Source: Gnetum montanum (taxonomy: Eukaryota; Plantae; Gnetophyta). Taken from it: a DNA stretch of 64,000 bases. A model generated the notes under the pieces. That model ran no database searches, was not told the DNA's origin, and saw nothing but the letters and a program-made list of their open reading frames with translations. Of the stretch, positions 24,443 to 38,799 are shown one piece after another (positions within the stretch are counted from its first letter, which is position 1; every line of letters starts with the position of its first letter). The DNA lies in assembly GCA_015680685.1 (NCBI GenBank), contig MNCI01002384.1, forward strand, positions 982,734-1,046,733, given 5' to 3'. The translations under genes were made by a program, and so were the position numbers.

Positions 24443-27341
24443 TGTAACAATTTGCATTTTTGGATAACTAAGTTGGTACCCTTATCTCATGTTTGCACTT
24501 TTTGATGCTCTTGATTGTGCATGTGCTATGCTTTTATTTTTGTATATTAGTGATTGGATTTCTAGTACTATACTTTTCATGCTCTTTTATATTTATCTTA
24601 TGAATTATTAATTTATATTTAATTGCTATGCACTAAATTAGTACATGAGTTTGGCAAGTTTTCCATGGGAGTTATGGTTGGAGTATGTATAACATGTGAA
24701 GGCAAGAACAAATTTTTATATGTATGGTATTTTTTATGATAAGATTAATTGTTTGGTATTTGCTATTTAATAAATAAGAGTTATGAAATAATTTTTATTG
24801 GCCTTTAGTGTGTTTATGTAAGTTGAGTGAAGTTTGGTGGTAGTTTTCTTTATTTGAGATTTCAATTTTGGGAAATAGTGTTAAGATTTTCACATTTGAG
24901 ATTTTGGTATTTTTCTATTAAAAAAACCCACATTCCATTCTTTTAGGCACTTTGGCATCCATTTTACTTTGACATAAAAGCATTGTTGGATTAGAGACTT
25001 CTGGTGACATTACAGAACTTTGTTGGTTCATGTGCATGAGGTTGTATTTTCATGGGTAAGTTTGTACATCTGTAATTTGGATCTATGGTCCTTGATTTAT
25101 AGGTGAGATGTTTTCACATTTTCTTATGTTTAATTCTAGTTCTTAGGTTTTGAGCATATTCAAAATAAATGAGTTTTGGCTGAAACTTCATGATTAATGT
25201 ACATTTGTTGTTTGGGATGGGTTATATATTTTTTATGTTTATATATATTTGTTTTTTTATGTTTTAAATAACCTATTTCAAATGTTGAGATTTTATTATT
25301 TTCAAAAATTTCAAGTAAAATTAGGGTTTGTAAGAATTTTATGATTTAGTTATTTTGGGATTAGATATTATGTGTTGACCTTTCATTTTGATGTCATTAC
25401 AATCATCTTACTTTAGGTCTAAATGAGTTTTTTTCATGTTATCAAATTTCAAGTTTCTTATGTTCTCTAATTTTTTTTGTCTTATTAGGGTTGGGGTTCT
25501 TTATCATGCTATTGAGTAATTACAACCATTTCACTTAATTTAGAGATTCATTATTATTCCCTATGTAATCATTATCTAGTTGTCAAAGTCCCTTATTAGT
25601 TTAAAATTTTTTGGAAGTCATTTCATGTTAATTTTTGCATTGAAACTGAGACTCAATCATAAGTCATGGAAAATCTATCAATGCTGACCATGACTCATTG
25701 TTAGGTTATGGTTTCCAGTTATAAATCATGAAAATGTTGTGTTTGGCTCTAGCTACTCCTCTTGCACTTTTAGTCTCTATTTATTAGAATTCTACAATCC
25801 CATGAGTCATGGTGAAGTTGTGGTCACCATTTTCTAAGCCATTTTAACTATTTTGAGTCATGTTGAGTGGTTTCTTATCAATCATAGGTTGTAGTCTACT
25901 CTTGGTCTTCTACTACAATTCATGGTTGAATCATGTTTGAGACAAATTTACTATAGTTTATGTTGGTGATTTTTCTGAGTAAACCACAAGTGATTGTCAT
26001 GTTGTGGTAAGGTCATGGTCTTATGATTTATTTATTTATTAATTTATATTATTATTTAAGCTTAGTTTAACATGATTTGATACCTTCGAACATTATTTGA
26101 CACTATTTGATTAATTTGGAACTTGTTGCATTATTGGCATTGCCTTTGAGTCAATTGTTAGATTGTGTTTCGACTTTTGGACATTTGAACTTATTGGTTC
26201 ATTTTTTGTATCCCTTCATCATTTATATTTGATTTGTAAATGTCTGGATATTTGTATGACTATTATTTGTTAAGAGTTAGCACCAATTTTTATGGTTAGT
26301 TGGAGATGGGATCTCTTAAAATGTTTAGTAGTTGATTTTCCTTGCAATGCTTTAGTGTGGCTTTCATTGTTAGTTTCATCCTACATGGAAGAGTGATCCT
26401 AGGTTCATTTGTCTTATTTTTTTCCTCTAGCACATTAGGGGTGAGTCCTAGGTGACACCTCTAACACTAGTAGTTTTGCTTAAGACTAATTCATAAATCC
26501 ATGCATATGATAGTTTGTCATTTAGTTTGTTTAGATAGCTTGGTTTAGGTAAGTATACATGAGAAAAATTCATACATTGAAGTTAAGTGCTGTGCATGCT
26601 AGCCCACTTGTTTATGGTTGATGGGTTGAAGTGGATAATTTGTTTGATTTCCAAATCTATGTACATTATGTGATTTATGATGTTTGTTGTGATGTGCTCT
26701 ACTGGCATGTTTGTAGGTCATCATGCCTTCAGCTATTCCACCATGAGATGTGCTCTTAGATTAGATTGGAAGAGGTGTTAGGGTTTCTCACACAGTTTAT
26801 ATTGCCTTCCTCTTTTATTTTCAAATCACTAGAACTAGGGAGAGTAAGGAGATCTCTTGATATTTGTTTATTATTTTGAATGTGTTGCATGTTTTCTTTC
26901 TAGCCTTTAGATCATTATTTCTTTTACATATTATGACATATCTAGACATATATTAGCTTGTTTTCTTATCATGCATGGTATTTAGATCATGGATATTTTT
27001 ATGTATTTCCAAACATATTTGATACTTCTAGATAGTTATGGCTATGCATTATTTTTAGAGTTATATGCTCTTTTATCAATTTTAGTTTAGTTGTAGGTTT
27101 TAGTTTATTATTATATTTATATTATCTATTTATGTTATTATATCCATTTCTAATCTTCCAATGTCAATGTCTTTTCTTTCCTTTTTGGTCATGAGAACAT
27201 TTTATTTTCCTTTCACTTTTGTATTGATGCGTTAGATTGTTTTGATTTTTAGTTACCCCTTACGATGTCCAATTGTTGGTTTAGGGGTTTTATATCCAAC
27301 ATAATTATTTCTAACCTAAGGCTATGAAGGATGATGTTATA
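24443..27341 (+). mobile_element. Apparently complete ~2.9 kb Tekay-family LTR (solo-like) in opposite orientation
   Basis: Starts TGTAACA and ends TGTTATA (decayed TGTTACA). Its 5' part matches 8517-9477 (rc) and its 3' part matches 23533-24442 (rc). No PBS follows. Confidence 0.75.
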
Positions 27342-28399
27342 ACTTCTTGCTTTTGCATTGAATTATTCATAAAGAATAAATGGTAGTGAATCAGAACTTG
27401 TGCATAATACTAATAGCTTACTCCTGAAGCTTTCACAGATTTGATTGACTAAAAAAGATACTTGAAAATATATAATAATTAAGCATGCTAGATCAATGAT
27501 TAGATGTATATTAATAATCCATACACATAGTTTTCTAATGAATTCATCTTTAATACCAATACTAAGGCTATATGCGTTTCTCAAAATCTTAATCATTCTT
27601 TATTCTTCATGATTTAAAGCTATGAGAATTTGGAAATTATACTTCCAATTTCCATTTAAACATTTGCATTAACTCAAATATGGGTTCATTATAAAATATT
27701 ACATAATAATTCATGTTGTGGTTCTTATAATGGGCTAGTCTATATGATTCAAAGGAAGAACCATTACAAAAACCTTTTAGTTATAAATGCCTTCATATTC
27801 CAACTATCTAAGATTAAGTTAGAATTGGTAAATAAGTTTCCATGGTAGGGCTTGTTGTAAATAAAGAACATCATAATTTAGACTTTGTCATTTTGTAAAG
27901 ATTTATGTGTATTAATCCCTATGTTAATTCAATGTCCAAGGTGGACATGTATGATGTCACCTTTTACTACTTAGGATTTTTACAAGTACATTATATGTTG
28001 CAAATTTCATACATATTTTTGGATTGTTGGTTGACTCATGCACTCTCCTAGATACCATATTTCTTATTGGAATAAGGTTATGATTCTCCATAATAATTGA
28101 TATCTACCAAATATGTCTTAATGCTTGTTAAATTGATAAAAGTTCTTATTTTTCTATCACTTTTCTAGTTGATCCTTTAATTTCTTAATTCCTTGCATAA
28201 TGGTTTGGCTTCATTGATAAAATTCTCAATGATAGTTCTAACTCCTTTAGGTACTAACTCTAGTAGTGTAATAAATTATAATCTAGGATTTACTAATCTA
28301 GTTTTTATTGTATGGATCATAAGCCTAGTCCAAATGTCTAATCCTATTATCCAAGGATAATAAAAAGGTCAAGTTATTTGTAAATGACTATTTGGTTAT
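27342..28399 (-). mobile_element. Highly decayed sequence, possibly the 5' region/gag start of an old Copia element
   Basis: Only a weak resemblance (minus strand ...CLNGNWKYNFQIL..., ~27620-27690) to Copia gag N-termini; no diagnostic motif. Confidence 0.25.
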
Positions 28400-29238
28400 T
28401 GATGAGTAGCAAGAGTTTCCTACACTTAACCATACAAATTGCAAGCATGTATACATGATTCAATTGAATTCTGTGGAATGTTGGACTCAAATGATCCTTG
28501 ATAACTAAGTGTTATTTTGTAGGTTGTCTTTTCAATTACTACTCATGTTAGTTTAATGGGTATCTAAATCACTACTTATGTTAGCTCAATGGATAGGATT
28601 AAGTATGATTGAATTATAAGATAATTTTTTATTATTAAAATATTAAGATAAGAAAATGATTAAAGTATTACATTTTAACTAATTATGATTCTAAGTGTAA
28701 TCTAAACTATCCTAGATGTGAAGCATGTATTTCCACTTTTAATTTGCATCTTGAACTTATACTAACATTGCTGGATTAGCAAATGGTTACTATTGACAAT
28801 ATTAAGTATTCATTACTAGGATTCTCACATGTTGGCATTTTATGTTTAAAGTATTTGTACTTACATGATTATGAAGTAAAATATTAATTTTCTAAGTTCT
28901 CCAAAGTAAAGTGCATTAAATGTAAATTGTTGAAAACACTAAGAACTATTTTAATTTCTGTAACAGAGGAAATTAATCTTAATTTTATTGCCAAAATGTA
29001 GAAGTATCTAACTACAACATGAACTCAAATAAAACTTCATTCAATCAACTCTATTGACACTATGGGTAGTCAAAGAGAAAATTTTCTAAGTCATACAGAA
29101 GAAAACTAGAAGAGCTTCATTCCTACTATGACACAAGATGGCATAAATATGGATGGTATGCACATTTATATAGGCAAAAGACTAGATTTTGTTAACGCAT
29201 ATGCTCATTAACATAGTTGACTTATTTAATTTTCATCA
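28400..29238 (-). repeat. 3' LTR of element D (839 bp)
   Basis: tgatgagtagcaagagtttcctacacttaaccatacaaa at 28400 matches the B LTR terminus. It ends ttcatca next to the PPT; TATA complement atttatatagg near 29164. Confidence 0.8.
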
Positions 29239-29466
29239 TACCTCCATGATTGACTAAAATATTATCCTTAATTGATCAAAAGGGGAGCGAGTTGTTTATA
29301 AATTTGAGGAATATGGAACTAAACTACTGGCTAAATGATAACTTAATAGACTTTGAGTGCTACATTATATAACATTTAGTGATTATAATGACTTACATTA
29401 AAAATCTAACACATGACACAAAAATGGACTAACCATTACTGTACAAAATTAATCAGGATAAAGTCT

Positions 29467-32159
29467 TCAAATGGTGCTAGGAGGTAAAGGCTCTTATGAC
29501 TCTTATGATATTTCCTCTTATTTTAGTCTTACTAGTGGTCTTGGTTACCTTGTTGCTATAGAAAATTTGGAGGGAATTTAATAGTGCCTTTATTTTATCC
29601 CTCATGCTCCATGGTTTATTAATAGTTTAGGCAAAATTGTCCATATTTTCTATTGTTGGGAACATTCCATGGGCAAGGCATAGTTGGAAACATCTACTTT
29701 GTGTTGACAAGCCAAGCTATGAATTTATTTTATTTAAGGTCAAATGTTCACACAACATTTTATAGCTCATAGTTTTTATTTATCCTTCTAGCTAGGTTTT
29801 CAATAATTGATCTCTAGTCTTTAAATTTTCTCTTGAGAACTTCAATATTTGCATTAGTAAATTCTAGCTTTTGCTTCATTTCTTTGTGGAGCTTGAACTT
29901 TACCTTATTGAGGAGATAAGAGGTCGTCACTTGCTTCTTCAACTCTAACCATGACTGCCATGTAGTTAGCATTGCTAGATTTACATAGTAGAGTTGGCTA
30001 ACTTGATGTACTCTATCATTTCTTCTATATGCAACATATTTAGGTAAATCACTTTTTGATTGTATGCATTTATCCCATCAAGGATTGGTTTCCATGCATC
30101 ATCTCTTTACTAGAATTTCTAGAGGGCATCATTCATCTTGGCCTTTTCCAATTTTATTTCTTTTTCATGTACCTCCTTGAGAATTTCCACTTGGTCCTTT
30201 GAGTTATTTTTCACCTTCTCATTATTCAAGACTTCATTCTACTAGGCAGTAATTTCAATGGTGATTTCTCGATGAATGACTTGCATCTTCTCCATTGATA
30301 GATTTTTGTTTTTAAAAGCTAACCTCCTTACATCTTGGTTTACCATGACAAGATGTTCCTACTATTATCTAATGTATTCCAGTATTTTGTTGTTCTAGAT
30401 CTTAGCTTTTTTTACGCCTCGGTTCTTTGTGGTTAGAATTATGTTCATTTTGCACATGTTAAGGAGGTTTGTTTTTTGTCATAGTAATCATTTTGTTAAA
30501 TAATGACATATCTAGGACCAGAATCTCTTTAGCATTCTTATCCTTCTTCAGTTTTTATTAAAGTTATTGAAAACCTTCATCTCTTATAAGTTCTAGCTAT
30601 AGAAGAATAAGGTTAAACAAGTGAGTTTTAAGTTCTACAACCTCTGCTACCAACCTATGATTAATGTTGGTAACTTTCTTGAGTTTCATCTATGCAACTA
30701 TCAGCTTACCCCTTGTCTCCAACAGCTTTGAGTAGGTTGCTGTGATGTATTTTGAAATATCCAAAATTTCTGAAATTAGTTACCTAGACTTGACCAGCCA
30801 TTGAGGCACTTCCTCATGTTGAGTTGCACTCATTCCCCTACTCTGAGCTCTTTTAGACACTTAGATGTCTACCATAGTAATATTATCAGGGGATAGATCC
30901 TATAAGATATTTTAGGGAATTGTTCCTCATGGATGAACACTATGACTTCTTATGCATTAGGATTAGCATGAACAAGAGCTTGGTTCCTCTATGAGAAGAA
31001 TAAGTTATCCAGGTCATCCACTACATAGCTTATAGTCCTTGTGACTTTATTTAGATGGCTCATGATTGTATGGTAGATCAATGTCTCATCACCACCACTA
31101 TTTGAGGCTTTTGTTGTAAATATTTCTAAATTTTTATAAGTATTCATCTACTATTGTTATTTCTCATGTTGCTGATGGTGGCAGAGATGATGCTTCATCT
31201 TGAAACTTGATGGGGACCTTGTCTTTCATCATTTCCTACTAAGACGTGATAGGGATCTTATAAAGAGTATCACTTGAATAGCATACTATTTCTCAAATTT
31301 TTGCATATTTTTTTGATGAGGAAATGAAAGAGGTTTTTCTTCCTACCCTTCTCATTTTCTTTAAAAATCTTCTTAATCTTCATGAAAATGAGCTTGAATA
31401 GCTTGACAAGGAGTTTCTTGCTCAGAGCCATGCATGCCCTTATAGAAAAATGGTGACCTTATTTGATCATATCATTGGGTTTAGATGATCGATCATAATC
31501 TTAAAATACATGATTTCTACATTGGTAAGGACACTATACTTCTTATGGTCTACTTCATAGTAGCACTGCATCAACTCTTTCTTTACCTTTGTGTTCACCT
31601 ATGTTAGTACCTCGGTAAGCTTTGCTCCAATAATGGGTAATCTGAGAGCCTCCACTATAGCCTTCACTAAGTAAGAAATGTTAAACTCCTTAATCTTTAT
31701 TATTGCATCTCCCTAATAGTTGTTTTAGAAAAGATAAGTTTCTCCCAAATACCATTCTCCATTGGTGGAAATGGTAGGTCATAGTGGTCACACTTGCAAC
31801 TATGCATGGACCTCCTCTGGTATGAACTCCAAGAAAGGTTCAAAGTTTACTTCATAAAGAATCATAATTTGGATCTCTTTCCTGTAAACCTTCTCTAAGA
31901 AAGCTTTCATAAAGGATTTCTCTAGATTTGGCTTTGGTCTTGGTGACTCATCTTGTCTAGATTACCTTGTCTTCATGGTGGGAATTTTATGGACAAACTC
32001 CACCTCAAGCACTTCTTTAAAAGGCTCTATTGCATGGGATGCCTTAGTAGTTTGCTCTTGCTATTACTATTGTTATTGTTGTTATCCTCATCTACTCCTT
32101 AGGTGCTTCTCCCTGGGTTGTGATGGCTCACTTGCTTGCAGACATCTTTTGGGAGTCAT
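29467..32159 (-). pseudogene. Additional 3' ORF (env-like position) of element D, ~900 codons, decayed
   Basis: Translated fragments match ORF 2-1756: IMSHLNKVTRTISY..DNLF vs SISHLRAIAETISW..ANLF; EYIKLAN/NLAMLT vs EYMELAN/NLAMLT; FIAWLVNTK*MFPTMPCPWNVP vs FAAWYVKANQMFPQLPCPWEVP; C-terminal EPLPPSTI* vs EPPPPGTT*. Confidence 0.78.
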
Positions 32160-33774
32160 CTACAATCACATGGATGATCATAGATTAGCCTTAGCTTTAT
32201 TTATTATTTATATGTACATTTTGATCACTTATTGCTAGTGTTAATAGAAAACATTAGGTGTTAAAGCTCTTCAAGTGGTTCCATATGCTTAAGTCTTAAG
32301 TTCTTAATGTAGTTAAATGTGTTGATTCCCTTAATATTTATTATTATCTTAATTCCTTAGTTTATTTAGCTACTTATGAGGTGTCATAAATCTCATTGAA
32401 AAATTTCTTGTTGATGTCACCATGAATTAGAGCTTATCTTTGTCAGAAATAGATTAAATTGGATATTCTAGGAGGAAGTTATGGCTCTCAGAATCTTTTG
32501 AACTCTAAAAACTACAAAAGCTTCTCTTGTAGAAGCAAATGTGAAAAATTAGCTTAGTTTTGTGTGTATATAGACTAATTTTATACTACATTGATGGGGA
32601 TGCATCAACATATCTGATTGTATTGATGTAGTTGTCAACCAAAATTTCCACTTTAAAAACTAAGGGGCTTTTGCAAAATTTGAAGTAAATTGAGGATTAG
32701 TTGAAAGCTAAACAGAACTTTTAAAGATGTAGATAATAAACATGGGATTCCAATTAAGGTTTTGGACATATAGAAAGTCATAATTAGGATTGTGAATGTT
32801 ATATTTCTAGGCCAAAAATCATTTTGAAGATAAGAAAATTTAGATGATTCATATCATTATGATTTTAGTTGGATGAGGCTAGGCATGTCGTGATGGATTG
32901 TATGCTGGATGTCTAAGATTTATATAATTGGGTCCTCTCCAAATGGAGACTTGAGATACATTACCATTTAAAATTACAATATTAGCAATGATATGCACAT
33001 GTAGTGTCATGAACCTCATCGAAGAAGTGTAAGGGCTCAACAAATCTCTTTGAGATCATATCCTTTTCCAATTTCCCTTAGTCCTTCCTCCTTGCTTTAG
33101 ATAGTCAAATCATGAGTTCTTTTTAGTTTCGTGTGAAAGAATTGGATTATTTTCATGATGTGGATCTCTTATTGATAGTAATGGAAATTATGGATATCAT
33201 GGACTCACTGCCTTGTACCATCATGTGCTTGATAAATCATTGGTATAGAACATAGCCCCAATAATAAGGTTGACCTATACATAAAATTGACAATCCTAAT
33301 GTTCTATGTTTGGTAATAATTACAATAATAAATAAGAAAAGACTTGAAAATTTAAAATCTTTAAAAACACCTATGACTCAAAATAAAGGTAAATATATAA
33401 AAGAAAGTAAAAGTTTCAAGAAAATTGAAAACATAAGAAGAATGGAAAAAGTAATTAAAATGATGTAATAGATGAAAAAGCTAAGGAACGTAAGATCCTA
33501 ATGTAAGAACACAAACTAAAAATAAAACATACACACTAAAATAAGAACTACTAAATTAAAAATCTCTTATTAAACTTCATTAAATGAAGGAACATTTATT
33601 CTGGAGTACATGATATTCTTGAAATAGAGAGATTTAATAGATTGATCTTATCATATTGACACTTATTAGGGATTCTACTTTATTTGGCTAGGGAGATAAG
33701 TGAGCCTATTATAGGTATGTAATAAGAATATATTATGAAGAGGATGGATGATTGTCATCACATCCTTTTAGTTC

Positions 33775-36700
33775 TTTCCATGACGGCAACTTGTTCAACT
33801 TCCAAAAGATTTCTAAAATGGAAAAACTTTTTTCTTCTTAGTGTGTTGATGAAAATGCTGGCTATTTCATCATTAGACCTACAATGTACTAATTGAATAT
33901 TACTTGACTCAATTTTCTCTCTAATATGATGATGCCTGATGTAAATGTACTTTGTTTTTCCATGAAATATTAGATTCCTTGACATCGTAACAGCACTGGA
34001 GCTGTTGTTACAAAACATTATCATGGAAGGTTTTTATGAAAAATCCATTTCTATCAACAAAGTTTGAATCCACATTACTTGTTTTGTGGCTTCTAATAGT
34101 GCTATGTGCTTTGCTTTAGCAATGGGGAGAGAAATTGTGCTTTGCCTCATTGTACTTGAAGAGATAAGGAAGTGACTATAGAGGAAGCAATATCTTGATG
34201 TTGACTTGGGATCATTTTGATATCCATCCCACTCAGCATATGTATATCCATGGATGATGTAGTTTCCATGATTTTTATAGTATTTCAACCCATAATCAAA
34301 GATGCTATTAAGATACATAAGCACATGATTCATTGCTTTCCAATGAGTTTCTTTAGGTTCTTGCATGAACCTGGAAAGGTAGGATACACTGAATTGGAGA
34401 TATGATCTTATGGTAGTCAAATACATAAGACAACCAATTAGTGATTGGTATAGGGTAGGATTTACATAACACGAATAATCATTTTTGAAAGCTTAGGATT
34501 TTGAGAAAGCGGTATTTCCATTACCGTACTATTGGACATTTTAAATTTTTTCACCAAGCCTTTTGCAATTTTTTTCTAGGAAATATACATAGCATTGAAA
34601 TACTTAAAAGCCTCTATTCCAAGGAAATAGGACATGGTGCTTAGATTTGTCATCTGAATTCACTTTTCACTTTTCATAATTGAGAAAAACTTCTTATTCA
34701 TTAAGGTGTATGAGAAAAAATAAATAAGATCATCCACATAAAAACAAACAAAAGTAAATTCATCACCTTCTATTTTTTATAAATATTAGTCTTCAAGGCA
34801 AGATGCTTAAAGCCTGAATGAATTTGCTTAAACCAAGCTCGTGGAGCTTGCTTAAGCCCATATAAAGCTTTATGAAAGTGGTATACATGATCTAGATGAT
34901 CATGGTTTATGAAACCTTCAGGCTGCTTTACGTAAACCTCCTCCTCCTCAAGGTAGAAGAAAATGTAAATTCAATTTAGCAACAACAAGTTTATGAAACC
35001 TTCAGGCTGCTTTACGTAAACCTCCTCCTCCTCAAGGTAGAAGAAAATGTAAATTCAATTTAGCAACAACAAAGATAAAAATTCTTACTGATTCAAGCTG
35101 GGAAACTGGTGCAAAGCTATCTTCAAAATCTCTACCCTGACCTTGGTATCCCTTGGCAACCAAATGAGCTTTATACTTATTCACATTTCTATGTTGATCC
35201 CTCTTTATGTAGAAAGCCCGTTCAATGCCAATAATAGATTTGTTTGCAGGTTTTGGCATGAGGCTTCATGGGCCATCTTTTTGAAATTTGAGAGAATTTC
35301 TTATTTATGGCTATGACCCAACGTGGATTTTGAGTGCCTTCCACAGCGATGCTGGGCTCTTGAAGACGATCTTCTTCCCCAGTGTTGTGAGTAGGTTAAA
35401 ATAGTGGAGATCTTGATAAGGTAGTAAATCTGTACGAGATGAAAAATTAGGCATACCAAAAGCATGATGGAAAATTGCAAAGAAAGAAGGCAGACTCTAA
35501 TGTTGATGGAGAAGCATTAGCTTGGGCATCAAAATGTGCATGATTAGAATTGTGCTCATGCATGGACCTAGTCGTTCGTCTAAGGAAATCATCGTCCAAC
35601 ATTTGAGTTGGTGGATGATACTATGCAAGTTATCCTTGTAATGGAGCCATTGTAGTATTGTTGGATGGGGAATGATATGCTACAATGGTTTTTGAGGATG
35701 AAGACTTTGGTAAGATAACATTTAAAGATCCAAATTTTTCCAGAAATAGGATATAATGGTGATCATTGGGATTGAAAGATGTACAATTATCGTTTAAAAA
35801 TAGCTTGCTAATATCACAAAATCCTGAACTTCGGTAATTTTTGTTTAAAGTTGGTATTTTTTCTTGATGAAAATTTGTTTGAGTGGTTGTGTCTATCAAA
35901 AATCGTTTTTGCTTGCCGGTGGAGCCATAGCATTGGTGTATAACTATGTTGGATTGCTGTAGCTGAGGGAATATTTGCTGTATTATCTGAGTGTCAATAT
36001 TTGGATTTTTGCAGATTATCACAAGAAATATTTGAAATGGAGATGCAATATTTTGATGGCTAAATTGATTGATGCAGATGTTCTTTGTTGGGATTATATG
36101 CCTCCGCATATTTTGCTGGTGGGTGTGGAACATTAAAATTAGCACTCTGTGGGGTACCTTTTAAGCTATCTTTAGAAAAATATATATCACAGCTTACTAT
36201 AACTTTTCTTGCCGATAAATCAAGGCATCTGTATGCTTTTGTATTTCTTTCATACCTCATAAATGTACAAACTTTTTCCTTCTTTTCTAATTTTTTGTAT
36301 ATATAATATCTTTACATAGCATAATGAGCCAGATATTTCTAAATGTGTAACATTTTGATTTTAATCAAACCATAAAGGATATGGTATAATTTTGCCCAAG
36401 ATTTTTGTAGGAATTCTATTTAAAACATAGATAGTTATAGCATAGGCTTCTTTGAAAATAAATATTTTTCAAACTTGATTGATGTAATACATATCTTGTC
36501 ATCCTTATAATTGTTTGATTTTTTTTCTACCACATCATTTTGTTGAGGTGTATAGGAAGCATTTTTATGATGGATTATATAATTTTTCTTTAAAAAATTT
36601 TCAAAGTCATAGCTTGTGAATTTACCACCCATATCATTCTAAATCTTTTTTATTTGTCTTTGCTTTTGATTTTCTACCTCATTTTTGAAAATTTTAAAAT

Positions 36701-38413
36701 ATTCTAAGGCTTGATCTTTAGTTTTTTAAAAATAACCCCATATTATCCTTGAAAATTCATTAACTAATACACACAAGTATCTATTCTTTTTCAAATTTAA
36801 AGTTTGCATAGGACACATAAATCCATGTGAACTAGATCTAGGTAGTTTTGTGATCTATATTCTTTATGGGAAAATGGTAATCTTTTGGCTTTATCAACTA
36901 CACAAACTTCACAATTAATTAAATCTAGTAATGAAAAGCAATCCATACCTCTAACCAAACCTTTGTTATGCATAAAATCCATTGATTTGAAGTTGACATG
37001 ACCTGCTCTTGCATTCCATAGCCATGTCTCATCACATGCAGCGATCAACCATTTTATATTCTTTTGAACATACAACTTATACATTCTATTTTGACTCATG
37101 GGAAGAATAGAAACTGCTGAATCTTGCTCCTTTTTAGAAATTTTACAAACATCATCTATAAATTCCACTTTATAACCTTGGTTGCATAACTAACAAACAC
37201 TTAATAAAGTATTAAAATTTGGTACATAATAAATATCAAGGATGGTATATTTGCTACTTGTATTTATTTTGAAGATAATTGATCTAGTGCTAGCTATGGT
37301 GATCCTTGTGCTAGTTCCAATGGTGAATCTTCCCTGATGATCCTTCATATTGGTTAGCAATGCCTTGTTGCCTATCATGTGATGACTACAACCACTATTA
37401 ACATACCAAGCATTGTTACCTGAGTGTTGATTAGTGGTTCCGACCAAGGAATTTTTAGTCTTCTCTTTAATGAAAAACAGCTCCTTTAATTGTTTTTCTT
37501 CCTTAGAGTAATTTGAAATAGTCTTTTGTTGAAGTTTCTTCTTTATCCAATATTTTGACTCATTATGGTTATCTTTATGAAAAAAAACACATTAATTTCT
37601 TTCTTTAGATCTATTTGAATAAGATCCACATTGGCGAAGTCCATGTCTTGTTCCATAGCGACCTCTTCAACCTTGACCATGTCCATGTCCTTAATTTGAG
37701 GACTCCTTTTGAGAGTTTTGTTGTTAACTCGAGGATCTTCTTGGATTTTTTTTGGACTTGAAAGCATTTATTATTATCATGTCTCTTTGATTAACTCTTT
37801 ACTGAAAGGTCTTTAGGATACCAATGAGATTAACCATGGTCAACTTTGACTGATCTCTAGCCTCTTCAATTGCAAAGACAATTGGATGAAATTGTCTAGT
37901 TAGAGTTTAGATAATCTTCATTAAAACCATTACTTCCTCTAATGTTTCTCCTCCAACTTAAAGGCCATTCATAAACTCCTAAGCTCTGTTGATGTATTAA
38001 TCAAGTGTCTCAAACTCTTTCATTTAGAGAGTCTTAAAATCTCTATTGAGCATTTGTCGCTTGTCCATTATGACTTATTTTGAGCCTTCATAGGCTACTT
38101 TCAAAGCATCCCAAGCATTTTTTGCATGAACATCCTCAACAATATTTGAAAAAATTATTCAATCTAGGAAAATTTTGGGGATGAACAATGCTTTGGCATC
38201 ACTTCTTCTTGTCTACTTTGGATAAACTTTGATCTTGTTATCAAGAGTTGTAAATGCTATAGTATTTGAAATATCATTAAAGGCTACAAAGATTAAATCC
38301 CATAGATCTTGAGAGATTAAGTAGTTCTTCATCTTGGTAGCCTAGTACTCATAATCTTCTCTAGTGAAAATAGGGACCTATAGAGATACAGTATGAGCCT
38401 TGTTTTGTTGCAT
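33775..38413 (-). pseudogene. Copia gag-pol polyprotein, disrupted
   Basis: WYVNSGCSHHMIG (PR), WLWNARAGHVNF (GAG-pre-integrase), LDLVHMDLC and YTPQQNDVVE (INT), [10 protein letters not shown] (RT), MFCNNSSAV...FHGKTKYIYIRHHHIRE (RH). Confidence 0.9.
34905..35072 (+). repeat. Perfect 84-bp tandem duplication
   Basis: gtttatgaaaccttcaggctgc...tcaatttagcaacaacaa occurs at 34905-34988 and again at 34989-35072. Confidence 0.95.
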
Positions 38414-38799
38414 GATGTATAAAAGCTTCTATGAAAAAACATAATGCTTCGATACCAAATGAAAGAAATGAGAAATTTGGAATTCTAATCTAAGAATACA
38501 AATTGTAAATAAAATACACACATTGAAATAAGAACTGTGAAATTAAAACTATCTTGTTAAACTTCATCATATGGAGAAACATTTATACTAGAGTACATGA
38601 TATTCTTAGAAGATAGAGATTTGAGAGATTGACCTTATCATCTAGAGGATTATTAGGGATTCTACTTTATTTGGTTAGGGAGATAACTAAGGCTATTATA
38701 GGTATGTGATAAGAGTAGATTATAAAAAGTATGGATGGTTTTCATCACATTCTTTCAAAACAAAAAATAAAAAATTTATCCTCATTGGACATCAAGTTA

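Larger units (their letters stand above)
33473..38757 (-). mobile_element. Compact Ty1/Copia element (Ivana-like), 5.3 kb, with 298-bp strongly diverged LTRs
   Basis: LTRs at 33473-33770 and 38460-38757 (TGAAAGA...TCTTTCA); iMet PBS tggtatcgaagc (rc of 38446-38457); gag start resembling VPIFTREDYEY*ATKMKNYLISQDLWDLI. Confidence 0.88.

Noticed and set aside
35630-36145. 171-aa minus-strand ORF as a captured gene
   Set aside because: It lies in the variable integrase-RT linker of the Copia polyprotein and has no recognisable domain.
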